Below are positions 18,588-26,819 of a stretch of DNA of 64,000 nucleotides, piece by piece. A program made the translations under genes and the position numbers. Below the pieces are notes generated by a model. That model made no database searches. It saw only the letters and a program-made list of their open reading frames with translations, and was not told where the DNA came from. Position 1 is the stretch's first letter, and every line of letters begins with the position of its first letter. This DNA comes from a virus: IMG/VR virus record IMGVR_UViG_3300045996_004119, positions 62,111-126,110 of that record. One strand, given 5' to 3'.

Positions 18588-19339
18588 TGAACGTAGCCCA
18601 GATCGCTGGTCTCCTTTCGCGCGGTGTGCGCATCACGTTCGAGCAGTACCTGCGCGACGTGCTCGCGCCGGCCCACATGCGCGGCACCTGGTCGCAACGC
18701 TGGCTCGGCGTGTTCGGCGCGTTCTCGGAGCTGGTCTGGGAGGGGGCGCAGCGGTCCGCGGACGTTGGGTTCCCGGCGACGGCGCCGGACGACGCACTCG
18801 ACGCGGTCGGCTTCAACCTGAACATCGAGCGGCTCGTCGAGGAGCAGAACGGCTCGTACCGGGCCAGGCTGCTGCACCCGTTCGACCAGTGGGGCGCGAG
18901 CGGGCGCATCGGCAACGACGAGGCGCCCAACATCCAGGCGCAGCTCGAGGCGATCGGCCTGCGCAACGTCGAAGTGTACGACCTCGCGGCTGGGTGGGAT
19001 CCGGGCGACGGCAATGTCTACAGCTACAACCGCTTCTGGATCGTCGCTGAGCCGCCGGCCACGTGGACGCTGAGCGGCATCGACGAGATCGACGGGATGA
19101 GCGCCGTCGACGCGCAGAACATCCGCCGCATTGTTCACAAATGGCGCTCGAAGCACAGCGCACCTGTCTCGCTCTACGTCATCTTCGACGGCACGCTCGC
19201 CGACACGACCACTGACGACGCGGACGCCATGGTGGCCGCAGGCGATGCCGCGGAGATCCCCATCACGGCGCCGTGGGCCGCGGACGACCTGATCGCCGCG
19301 GACGACCTGATCGCCGGTTTCTACATCGAGCCCATCTGA
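18587..19339 (+). CDS. Baseplate/tail protein (P2 gpI/gp48-like)
   Basis: DALDA.G.N.NIER..EE....YRARL pattern; follows the J-like gene. Confidence 0.7.
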   Translation: MNVAQIAGLLSRGVRITFEQYLRDVLAPAHMRGTWSQRWLGVFGAFSELVWEGAQRSADVGFPATAPDDALDAVGFNLNIERLVEEQNGSYRARLLHPFDQWGASGRIGNDEAPNIQAQLEAIGLRNVEVYDLAAGWDPGDGNVYSYNRFWIVAEPPATWTLSGIDEIDGMSAVDAQNIRRIVHKWRSKHSAPVSLYVIFDGTLADTTTDDADAMVAAGDAAEIPITAPWAADDLIAADDLIAGFYIEPI

Positions 19340-19345
19340 GGACGG

Positions 19346-20032
19346 ATGCTCTCCCAGCCATTTACCTCGCCCGCGCCCGCATGGCCGACTGGCCTGCGCT
19401 ACATTCAGAACGGCGACAACCTCGGCACGGGCAACCACGAGACGCAAGCCGGAGACATCGCCCAGGCGCTGAGCTACCTCAAGCAGGCTATCGGCGGCGA
19501 CTCGACGGTGCCGGTGACGCTGCACGACGTCACCGTCACCGACGAGATCAAGACCAGTATCGGCGGCATCACGCGGGTGGTGCAGGCGATCCCGACGGCC
19601 GAGGACCCGTCGGTGTGGTCGATCAACTACGCCGGTTTCGCCATTCAGACCGACGATACGCTGGCGCATCTCCGATGGGAGCTCGATCTGCCGCACGGGG
19701 CGACTCTCGTGTCCGCGTCTGTCTACGTGAAGGGCGCTGCCGGGCACATGTCGCTCCCGGCGGGGACCGACAGACTGCTGTTTGCGGTGGGATACAGCAC
19801 CAACGCTGGGTCCACGCCGGGACTCGGAGACGCGTACGACTCGTCGGAGTCTGTGGAGGACTACGAAGAGACGCACGCGATCAACGTGGCTGTATCGTCG
19901 CACGTAGTGGACCGGACCGCGAATCGCTACTACGCGTACCTGCGGAATGAGCGAGGAGCTAACTACGTGGTCGGCGCCGAGGTCTACAACGTAGAGCTCT
20001 CGTTTACGCCAGCGATCTACGACCCTGGCTGA
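19346..20032 (+). CDS. Putative tail fibre/receptor-binding protein
   Basis: Last gene of the baseplate operon; beta-rich C-terminal domain. Confidence 0.5.
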   Translation: MLSQPFTSPAPAWPTGLRYIQNGDNLGTGNHETQAGDIAQALSYLKQAIGGDSTVPVTLHDVTVTDEIKTSIGGITRVVQAIPTAEDPSVWSINYAGFAIQTDDTLAHLRWELDLPHGATLVSASVYVKGAAGHMSLPAGTDRLLFAVGYSTNAGSTPGLGDAYDSSESVEDYEETHAINVAVSSHVVDRTANRYYAYLRNERGANYVVGAEVYNVELSFTPAIYDPG

Positions 20033-20619
20033 GCTCGCACGCAGTTCCCTGCGCCGTCGCACCGCATGCCATCACCGCATATCGCGCCGTCGCCGTCAGG
20101 CTCCCAATACGGGCCATCGCGCGAGCATCTGGCGCTAGCGCACAGGGCCTCTTCCAGAGGCATGTCGGAGGACCAGTAGACGGTCTCCGTTCCGCCAAGC
20201 CCGTTGCAGACGACGCGCTGGCAGTCGCCGTCGACCTGCTCCTCGATGGGCGTGCCGCGCGGCTCCATCCGGAACACGCAGCGTCCGTCCTCGCACGTGG
20301 TGTGCCGGCAGTCGTCGTTGGCCCCGTTGCAATCGCCGTCGACGACGCACTGCGGCTCGACGACGCCGGTGCTGGCGGATGCGGTGGTCGACGTCGCGCC
20401 GCCTGAGCCTCCGGCGCCGGGGCCTCCGGTTCCCCCAGCCCCGCCTTCACCTCCTGCGCCTGCTTCGCCGCCGGCGCCAGCGGCACCACCTGACCAGGCC
20501 TCGCCGCCCGATCCGCCCACGCCGGCGACCTCTGGCGGGTCGGGCGGAAAGAGCGGCTCGTCGTCGTCATCGGCCGCGCACGGGCCGAGCAGCAAAAGCA
20601 ACAGAATCAGCAGCTCCAT
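20017..20619 (-). CDS. Exported Gly-rich, Cys-rich protein (myxobacterial lipoprotein-like moron)
   Basis: Hydrophobic leader LLILLLLLGPC, GGAGG linker, Cys-rich repeats (C...DC....DC....C..G.C). Confidence 0.7.
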   Translation of the reverse strand: MELLILLLLLLGPCAADDDDEPLFPPDPPEVAGVGGSGGEAWSGGAAGAGGEAGAGGEGGAGGTGGPGAGGSGGATSTTASASTGVVEPQCVVDGDCNGANDDCRHTTCEDGRCVFRMEPRGTPIEEQVDGDCQRVVCNGLGGTETVYWSSDMPLEEALCASARCSRDGPYWEPDGDGAICGDGMRCDGAGNCVRAQPGS

Positions 20620-20715
20620 GGGGTCCCCGAAGCCGTCAGGATAAGGACTCGGGGCGCCCGCTGCTACTGGGATCCCGTTCAGCGGATCGACGCCCCAGAT
20701 GGAGAGGGGCGCCGG

Positions 20716-21477
20716 TCAGTTCATCACGCTCGCGTTGAACGTCATGACAGGGAAGCCGCCTACCTCGCTCTGCGGCTCTGCGGATGCGTTGCCGCGAAGC
20801 GTAAGGCTGATCTCATGGTTCCCGGCCTTGTTCGGCGACAGGACGATCCTCGGCGTGAGTTCAAGCCCGGGTTTAAGTGGGCGCGTGTAGGTGTACCGGG
20901 CGTTGCCGAACAGCTTCTCGACGGACGCGGCGGGGACCTCGATCGTCTGGAACTCGTCGCCGCCGCAGCCGTGACACAGGATGGTGAAGCTCTCGAGCGT
21001 CTGGCTGTCGAGGTTCTTCACCCTGAGATCAATGACCACGCGGCCGCCGACGCGGGAGATTGCTGGCGCGAGCTCGCCGCTCCACTCGACGCGAACGCGC
21101 TGAGGAGGTGGTGCAGAGGGCGGCGGCACGGAAGAAGCTGCCGATGGCGCCGTTTTCGTGCCGCGCGGCGCCGAAGGAACGAGGGCCAGGAAGGCGCCGG
21201 CCATTACCAGCAAGCTGGCGATGATGGTCCACCCGGCCTTCGAGCTCTTGCTGAACGCGGGCGACGTCCACAGGAGACCGATCCCCACCGGAAAGCAGCA
21301 GAACGTCGCCATGAGGACCACCGACGCCTCGTGGAACCACTTCGGCTTCGGCGGCGGCGGCTGACCCCACCACGGAGGCGGACCGTACGGGCCCTGCGGG
21401 TGCTGCTGCGGATGCGGTGGGTACCCTTGCTGCTGGTACCCAGGAGGCGGGCCCCACCCGCTCGGCGGCTGTTGCAT
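20716..21477 (-). CDS. Pro/Gln-rich membrane protein (moron)
   Basis: N-terminal PPGYQQQGYPP repeats, two hydrophobic segments, C-terminal Ig-like beta domain. Confidence 0.75.
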   Translation of the reverse strand: MQQPPSGWGPPPGYQQQGYPPHPQQHPQGPYGPPPWWGQPPPPKPKWFHEASVVLMATFCCFPVGIGLLWTSPAFSKSSKAGWTIIASLLVMAGAFLALVPSAPRGTKTAPSAASSVPPPSAPPPQRVRVEWSGELAPAISRVGGRVVIDLRVKNLDSQTLESFTILCHGCGGDEFQTIEVPAASVEKLFGNARYTYTRPLKPGLELTPRIVLSPNKAGNHEISLTLRGNASAEPQSEVGGFPVMTFNASVMN

Positions 21478-21821
21478 GTGCTCGAGGCTACGAGCGCCGG
21501 TCAGCGGCCGTCCACCGCTTTCGGCTCAGGCCGGCCGCCTCACTTTCGCGAGCGCTTCGTCTTGCCGGTCGGAGCCTCCGGAGCCGGGCCTCGCCGTCGA
21601 GTTCGACGACCCGCTCGCCTGGCGCAGGGCGCTCCTTCGCGGCGGCAGACTGGGCGCCGTAGCCGAGGTCGGTGGTCTCGGCGACGCGGAGGGGCTGGGC
21701 AGGCTGCACGTCATAGCTTGCCGGCCAGGACACGCCTCGCCGTCGGCACTCTTCCTCCATGCCAGAAGCGATGCGGCGACGTCGTGAGCCTGGCCGAGGC
21801 GAGGGCGCGTAGGGCGAACGC

Positions 21822-22346
21822 ATGAACGACGACGACAAGTCGCTCGTCGAGTACGCTTCAAGCATAAAAGGCGTGTCCGCTGAAGCGCTCGCCAAGTTCC
21901 TGTCCAGCGATCTGAGCGCCATCCCAAGCGACATCTTGGCGCCGGCATTGCAGGACGCGATCCGCGGCTTGATCAAGGTCTACGCGGCCTACCAAGAGGC
22001 GGAGAAAGAGCGTGACCGATACGTCGACATCGTGGCTCGGGTCGTCGGCATGTCCTCTCGCGAGGCATCTCGCGGCAAATGGCATGTGTACTACATCCGA
22101 TCCGAGGCGAACGGACTGATCAAGATCGGGTTCTCCAATTACCCAGAGGGGCGTCGGAGGACGCTGGAGAGCCATGGCGGCTCGGCGATGACGTTGCTCG
22201 CCAAGCACCGCGGTACCAAGACCGACGAGGCCAAGCTCCACCGTCGATTCAAGGCCCTCAGGGAACGAGGCGAGTGGTTTCGCCCCGGGCCCGCACTACT
22301 GAAGCACATCGCCTCGATCGCGCCTGGCAGCTCCACCTCGGCCTGA
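21822..22346 (+). CDS. T5orf172/MUG113 (GIY-YIG-like) domain protein
   Basis: VYYI....LIKIGFS..P..R..L...E..LH.RF...R.RGEWF signature. Confidence 0.85.
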   Translation: MNDDDKSLVEYASSIKGVSAEALAKFLSSDLSAIPSDILAPALQDAIRGLIKVYAAYQEAEKERDRYVDIVARVVGMSSREASRGKWHVYYIRSEANGLIKIGFSNYPEGRRRTLESHGGSAMTLLAKHRGTKTDEAKLHRRFKALRERGEWFRPGPALLKHIASIAPGSSTSA

Positions 22347-22435
22347 ACTGACCTCCCGCCGGCCACCCCGGCTCCACATCACCACCAAGCCCTCGCGGCC
22401 CGCCTCCACCACCGGAGTGCGGGCCGCTCGCATTT

Positions 22436-23437
22436 ATGGCCGACCAATCCAGCTTCCTCGTCCCGATCCTCCAGGAGATGGTCTACGGCATCGACGCGTG
22501 GAAGAAGCCCGCGAAGGTCGTAGCGACCAGCAATCTGACGCTGACCGGCCTCCAGACCGTCGACGGCGTGGCGCTCGCGGCTCAGGACGAGGTCCTCTGC
22601 GTCGGGCAGAGCAGCGGCGCGCAGAACGGCATCTGGGTCGTCACCGCGGGCGCGTGGACGCGGCGGTTCGATGCGTCCACCTCCGAGCGCCTCTTCGAGG
22701 GCGTTCGCGTGCCGATCACCCGTGGCACGGCCGGCGCCGGGTCCGTCTACCGCCTGACGACCACGGGCAAGATCAACGTCGGCACCACGGCGCAGACCTG
22801 GGAGCTGGATTCGCAGGGAGCCGAGACCTCCCCCGAAGCCGTCGCCCCCACGCCCGACACGCTCGCCCTGCGCGGCTCCGCTGGCGAGGTGCGCGCGGTG
22901 CGGATCGAGCTCGCGGACGCTCGGATCCTCCCCGGCGATCCGACGCAGGCCGGCGACCTTGGCTTCACGTCGACCGTGCGCCGGCCGCAGGCGTGGAATC
23001 CTGGGACGGGCGCGGCAGAGCCCGTGTTACTCCAGTCGGACATCCGGCGGGAGGTGGCAATCCATCGCACTGCCGAGACCAGCGGCATGGAGACAGAATG
23101 GTTTCTCCTGGTACTTTCCCTGCCGGCATCACAGCGAATGCAATTGCTAACAGTCGGATGGTTTCAGTACGAGAACGCAACGTTCACGCCGCCGAACACC
23201 GCGACCGTCGAGGTCCGAGCCGTGCAGCCTGGCGGAGGGTTTGTGAGTCTCGCCTCCGAGGAGATCGTCTCCACCGCCGAAGAAAACCTCAACGGGTTCA
23301 CCATTTCGGAAGACGAAATTCCGCCGGGTTACTGTCTCTACTTTCAGATCACGAAGGGTGGGTCGGGGTGCCTCCTGCCGAAACTGTCTTTCTTCGTCGC
23401 ATGGACTATCGACCCGACATACGTCGTACCGCCGTGA
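22436..23437 (+). CDS. Tail fibre-like protein
   Basis: N-terminal NLTLTGLQTVDGV..D.VL...Q...QNGIW..AWTR fibre domain; AT-richer C-terminal domain. Confidence 0.7.
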   Translation: MADQSSFLVPILQEMVYGIDAWKKPAKVVATSNLTLTGLQTVDGVALAAQDEVLCVGQSSGAQNGIWVVTAGAWTRRFDASTSERLFEGVRVPITRGTAGAGSVYRLTTTGKINVGTTAQTWELDSQGAETSPEAVAPTPDTLALRGSAGEVRAVRIELADARILPGDPTQAGDLGFTSTVRRPQAWNPGTGAAEPVLLQSDIRREVAIHRTAETSGMETEWFLLVLSLPASQRMQLLTVGWFQYENATFTPPNTATVEVRAVQPGGGFVSLASEEIVSTAEENLNGFTISEDEIPPGYCLYFQITKGGSGCLLPKLSFFVAWTIDPTYVVPP

Positions 23438-23456
23438 TCGCGGCCTCGGAGACGCC

Positions 23457-23888
23457 ATGACCATCGTCGAGACGATCGTCCCAGTCATCGCCGCTCTCGG
23501 CGTCGCCGGCGGCGGCATCTACACCGCGTCGAAGGCCTTCCCCGTGATCCTCGGCGCGCTCCGTGGGCGCAGCGTGCCGGGCGCCGACCGCGAGAGCCCC
23601 GTGCCGCCGGACCGGGCCGCCGAGCGCTCGCGCTGCGTGACGCACGCGGAGCTCGCGGCCGCAGTCGGCGCCGCCCTGACCCAGCATCGCGTCGAGTTCG
23701 GCGCCAGGATCGACGCCGTCGAAGCGGACTGCGAGCGGCGTGCGGATGAGGCGGAACGGCGGAGCGAGGAGCGTTACGAGAAGCTCGTCGATCGGATCGG
23801 TGGAGCCGATCAGAAGGTGGCGCACGTGGTCGGCATCCTGGAGGGGCTCAGGAGCGGACAGCCGCAGAGTCGCAGGGGGCGCGGATGA
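23457..23888 (+). CDS. Membrane protein with coiled coil (holin/antiholin-like)
   Basis: GGAG SD; N-terminal TM segment; C-terminal coiled coil; start of the lysis region. Confidence 0.55.
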   Translation: MTIVETIVPVIAALGVAGGGIYTASKAFPVILGALRGRSVPGADRESPVPPDRAAERSRCVTHAELAAAVGAALTQHRVEFGARIDAVEADCERRADEAERRSEERYEKLVDRIGGADQKVAHVVGILEGLRSGQPQSRRGRG

Positions 23889-24076
23889 GGCCCTCGTGGA
23901 CATCAGGGGACGGCCTCGATAGCGGGGCCACCCACCGGGGCATGGGCGCCACGGACGGCGGCTACAACGAGGCGCTGCGAGAGGCCGACGCCCTACACGA
24001 CAGCCTCGACGAACTCCTGCGCCTGCTCGACGACGCGCCGCTGGAGGCCCTGCTGGACCCGCACGGCTCCGGCTGA
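23885..24076 (+). CDS. Hypothetical small protein
   Basis: ATGA-coupled to the previous gene; acidic helical sequence. Confidence 0.4.
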   Translation: MRPSWTSGDGLDSGATHRGMGATDGGYNEALREADALHDSLDELLRLLDDAPLEALLDPHGSG

Positions 24077-24080
24077 TGAC

Positions 24081-24350
24081 TCAGTGGGCGCGGCCACGTG
24101 CCGCCAGCGCCTGCTCTACTTGCCGCTCGTGCGCCTCACGCCGCGCGCGCTGACGGAGCGCCCTCTGCCGCGCTGGCTCGAGGTCGTCGAGTTTCACCCG
24201 GTCCGCGCGCTGGTCGGCGCGGTACCGCCGGAGCTGCGCCTCGAGCGCCCGCACCTTGGACCACAGCCAGAAGATGAAAAGCCCGCAAAGCCCTGTGCAC
24301 GCCGCGCACACGGCCAGTAGCAGAATCAAGATCCGCGCCGGTTCGTCCAC
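24081..24350 (-). CDS. Small single-TM protein with coiled coil
   Basis: ILILLLAVCAACTGLCGLFIFWLW followed by a charged helix. Confidence 0.6.
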   Translation of the reverse strand: MDEPARILILLLAVCAACTGLCGLFIFWLWSKVRALEAQLRRYRADQRADRVKLDDLEPARQRALRQRARREAHERQVEQALAARGRAH

Positions 24351-24973
24351 AGGACGAGCGTTTCATAGCTCACAACGGCGCCGAACGCGATGAACTGGAC
24401 CGTGCGAGCGACGCTCCAGTCCTCCACGGGTACACCGCGGGCGTAGGCGAAGAGCGCCGACGCCTGCCCGACCGTGAGCGCGAGCGGCACGAGATGATGA
24501 GCCATCAGGATCTCGCCCTCCCGGAGGCGCCTCGCGATCTCGATGCCACCCAGGACGAACACCCCCGCGCAGCAGAGCCCCGTGAAGGCCGCGTAGAACC
24601 ACCACCGCGGCTCAAGCCGAAGGGCGGGGTAGGCGAGCGCGGCGCCCACGGAGGCCACGGCCCAGAGCGCCGCAGCCGGCCACGGCGAGCGCCTCCGGAA
24701 CACCACGAGCGCTACGCCGAGGAGCGCGGCCGGCCAGCTCAGGAGCAGCGCGGCGTGCACGTGCAGCAGGAGGGCCTCGGTGCCCGCGTACGGCGCCGGC
24801 TCTCGCTCGAGGCGGGCAGCGATCGCCCACTGCGCCACGTCATGCAGCGGCGCCCACGCCAGCGCCAGCGCGACGGGCCGGTAGAACGGCCAGATGCCGC
24901 GCGTGCCCCAGCCCCGCCAGAGGGCGAGGCCGAGGAGCGCTGCGAGCGTGGTGAGGACCGAGAGCAAGGTCAT
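24326..24973 (-). CDS. Multi-pass membrane protein
   Basis: About 6-7 hydrophobic segments in 215 aa. Confidence 0.7.
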   Translation of the reverse strand: MTLLSVLTTLAALLGLALWRGWGTRGIWPFYRPVALALAWAPLHDVAQWAIAARLEREPAPYAGTEALLLHVHAALLLSWPAALLGVALVVFRRRSPWPAAALWAVASVGAALAYPALRLEPRWWFYAAFTGLCCAGVFVLGGIEIARRLREGEILMAHHLVPLALTVGQASALFAYARGVPVEDWSVARTVQFIAFGAVVSYETLVLWTNRRGS

Positions 24974-25010
24974 GGAGCCCGCGAGGGTATCCCCGCAGGC
25001 TGGCGTGGGC

Positions 25011-25208
25011 CTACTTCGCCGCCTGGTGCCCGCCGATCGGGGGCGGGTCGATGGCGACGGAGCGCGAGGTGGCGGCGTTGAGCGCCGACGAGGCGGCCTC
25101 CACGATCCGGATCTTGTCGCCGATGGTCATGGTGCGGCCGTACTCATCGAGCAGCGCCTTGGCCTTGTCCAACAGCAACTCTCGCACGTCATCAGCAGTG
25201 TTTGACAT
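25011..25208 (-). CDS. Hypothetical small protein
   Basis: MSNTADDVRELLLDKAKALLDEYG..., helical and protein-like. Confidence 0.5.
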   Translation of the reverse strand: MSNTADDVRELLLDKAKALLDEYGRTMTIGDKIRIVEAASSALNAATSRSVAIDPPPIGGHQAAK

Positions 25209-25277
25209 CACGCAGCTGTAGCACGGCGCGGCATACCGCGCCTTGGCTCTCTGAAAACCGATCACCCCAAGGACCAG

Positions 25278-25802
25278 ATGCATCGTTTCGCCATCTTGCT
25301 CATCTCGTTGCTCGCGCTCACCCTCACCGCGTGCCCGCCTGCGCCCACTGCGCCGCCGGCCGAGGTGACCGCCTCCTCGACCGCCGCCGGCGCCACCGGA
25401 GCTGGAGGTGACGCGGGGCCCGCTGACCCGGTCGACGCTGCGACCGCTGACGCCGCGGCCACGAGCGCCGAGGCCTCGACCACGACATCCGCGGCGACGG
25501 GCGCGCCCGCTCCTGCTTGCGAGGGCCCCACCAAGGCCCCGACGTACTGCGACTACGACAACGAATGTTGGAACGGAAACCAGTGCGATGTCGACGTCTG
25601 CGACCTCGGCGCGCCGCCGAATCCGCCGGCCCCGGACGGCCGGAAGGGCACGTGCCGCTGGACGCTGCTGCCCGACAACTCGCCGTGCGACGTGAGCGGC
25701 CCGAGCGACACCCACGACGCCTGCCGCGCCGGCGCGTGCTGCCCGGGCGCCGCTGAGCCGCCCGCGGTCCCCGTCGCCAACGTCCTGCCGGAGGCGAGGT
25801 GA
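25278..25802 (+). CDS. Cys-rich lipoprotein
   Basis: Signal peptide with LTAC lipobox; Ala/Thr linker; Cys-rich domain (CDYDNECWNGNQCDVDVC). Confidence 0.75.
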   Translation: MHRFAILLISLLALTLTACPPAPTAPPAEVTASSTAAGATGAGGDAGPADPVDAATADAAATSAEASTTTSAATGAPAPACEGPTKAPTYCDYDNECWNGNQCDVDVCDLGAPPNPPAPDGRKGTCRWTLLPDNSPCDVSGPSDTHDACRAGACCPGAAEPPAVPVANVLPEAR

Positions 25803-26044
25803 TGCTCGCCGCCCTCAAGAGCTGGAAGAGCTCGATCGCTGGCATCCTCGCCGGCATCAGCCTCGCCGCGCAGGCCGTGCTCGAGGTTGCCGAGGCGCCC
25901 GCGCGGCTGCGCGTGGTCGCGGGGCTCGTCAACGCCATCGCGATCGCGGCGCTCGGCATCGTCTGCCGCGACAACGACAAGACCTCGGAGCAGGTCGGCG
26001 CCCCGAAGGCCGGCCAGCTCCCGCCCGCGGAGCCGCCGCGATGA
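25802..26044 (+). CDS. Holin
   Basis: 80 aa, two TM segments, KSWKSSIAGI start and RDNDKTSE tail; close to the endolysin. Confidence 0.65.
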   Translation: MLAALKSWKSSIAGILAGISLAAQAVLEVAEAPARLRVVAGLVNAIAIAALGIVCRDNDKTSEQVGAPKAGQLPPAEPPR

Positions 26045-26523
26045 GAAAGGCGCTCGCGGTCCTCCTCGCCGCGCTGGCGCTGCTGCTCTCGGGGTGCGCC
26101 GGACCGCTCCAGGATGTCGGCCAGCAGGACAGGCGACCGATCACGGTGGCCGATGCGGCGAGCGCTCTCGTCGCCGCCCACGACCTGCTCGAGGACGTCG
26201 GCGATGCCCTCGAGGCCGTGCACACGGCGGCCGCTGCCCGGGCGCGCGCGGCGGCGCCGGACGACGAGGCGAAGCACCGCGCGATCGACGAGGTGCACGC
26301 CAAGTTCAAGCCGGCCTGGGACGCCTACGAGGGCGCGCAGGCCGTCTACATCGCCGCGGCCGCCGTGGTGCGCGCCGCGCAGCTGGCCGAGCTCGCGGGG
26401 AGGGCCCCCGACCCGACCGCGGTGGCCGCTGCCGTGCTGGCGCTGATGAGCGCGTGCGATGCCCTCGCGCGCGCCGCCGAGGCGGTGGGGCTGCCGGCGC
26501 TCCAGAAGGCGGGGAACCGATGA
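26041..26523 (+). CDS. Helical lipoprotein (spanin candidate)
   Basis: LSGC lipobox; Ala-rich helical body; lies between holin and endolysin. Confidence 0.6.
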   Translation: MRKALAVLLAALALLLSGCAGPLQDVGQQDRRPITVADAASALVAAHDLLEDVGDALEAVHTAAAARARAAAPDDEAKHRAIDEVHAKFKPAWDAYEGAQAVYIAAAAVVRAAQLAELAGRAPDPTAVAAAVLALMSACDALARAAEAVGLPALQKAGNR

Positions 26524-26819
26524 AGGCCGAGTCCACCTGGGCCGCCGTGGCTCTCGCCGTTGTCGGCCTCGCTACGGCCATCGTCCGCGTCATCGCCGGC
26601 AGGAAGCGCGCTGAGCCCCCGCCGGCGCCCGTCCAGCCAGCGCCGCCCATCCCGCCCGCGCCTGCCGGGCGCCGCGACGACGCCATCACCGCCGCCGAGC
26701 ACGAACGGGTCCGCCAGGAGGCTGCGCGGCGCGCCCAACCTCCTCCCGCGGCCGACCTGACCAAGATCGCGCCGTCGCCGCCGAGCGACAACGCCATCGA
26801 GCCGAGAGACCTCCAGTGA
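26520..26819 (+). CDS. Single-TM Pro-rich protein (spanin candidate)
   Basis: ATGA-coupled; N-terminal TM segment then a PPPAPVQPAPP tract. Confidence 0.55.
   Translation: MKAESTWAAVALAVVGLATAIVRVIAGRKRAEPPPAPVQPAPPIPPAPAGRRDDAITAAEHERVRQEAARRAQPPPAADLTKIAPSPPSDNAIEPRDLQ

Noticed and set aside
10143-19339. eCIS, tailocin or T6SS rather than a phage tail
   Set aside because: Portal, protease, capsid and head-tail joining genes are co-located, so this is a complete virion module.
21478-21821. A gene in the gap before the T5orf172 gene
   Set aside because: Candidate frames on both strands are low-complexity and lack a clear start or SD; not supportable.
19346-23437. Diversity-generating retroelement targeting the fibre tips
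   Set aside because: No reverse transcriptase and no template/variable repeat pair differing at adenines was seen in the window.
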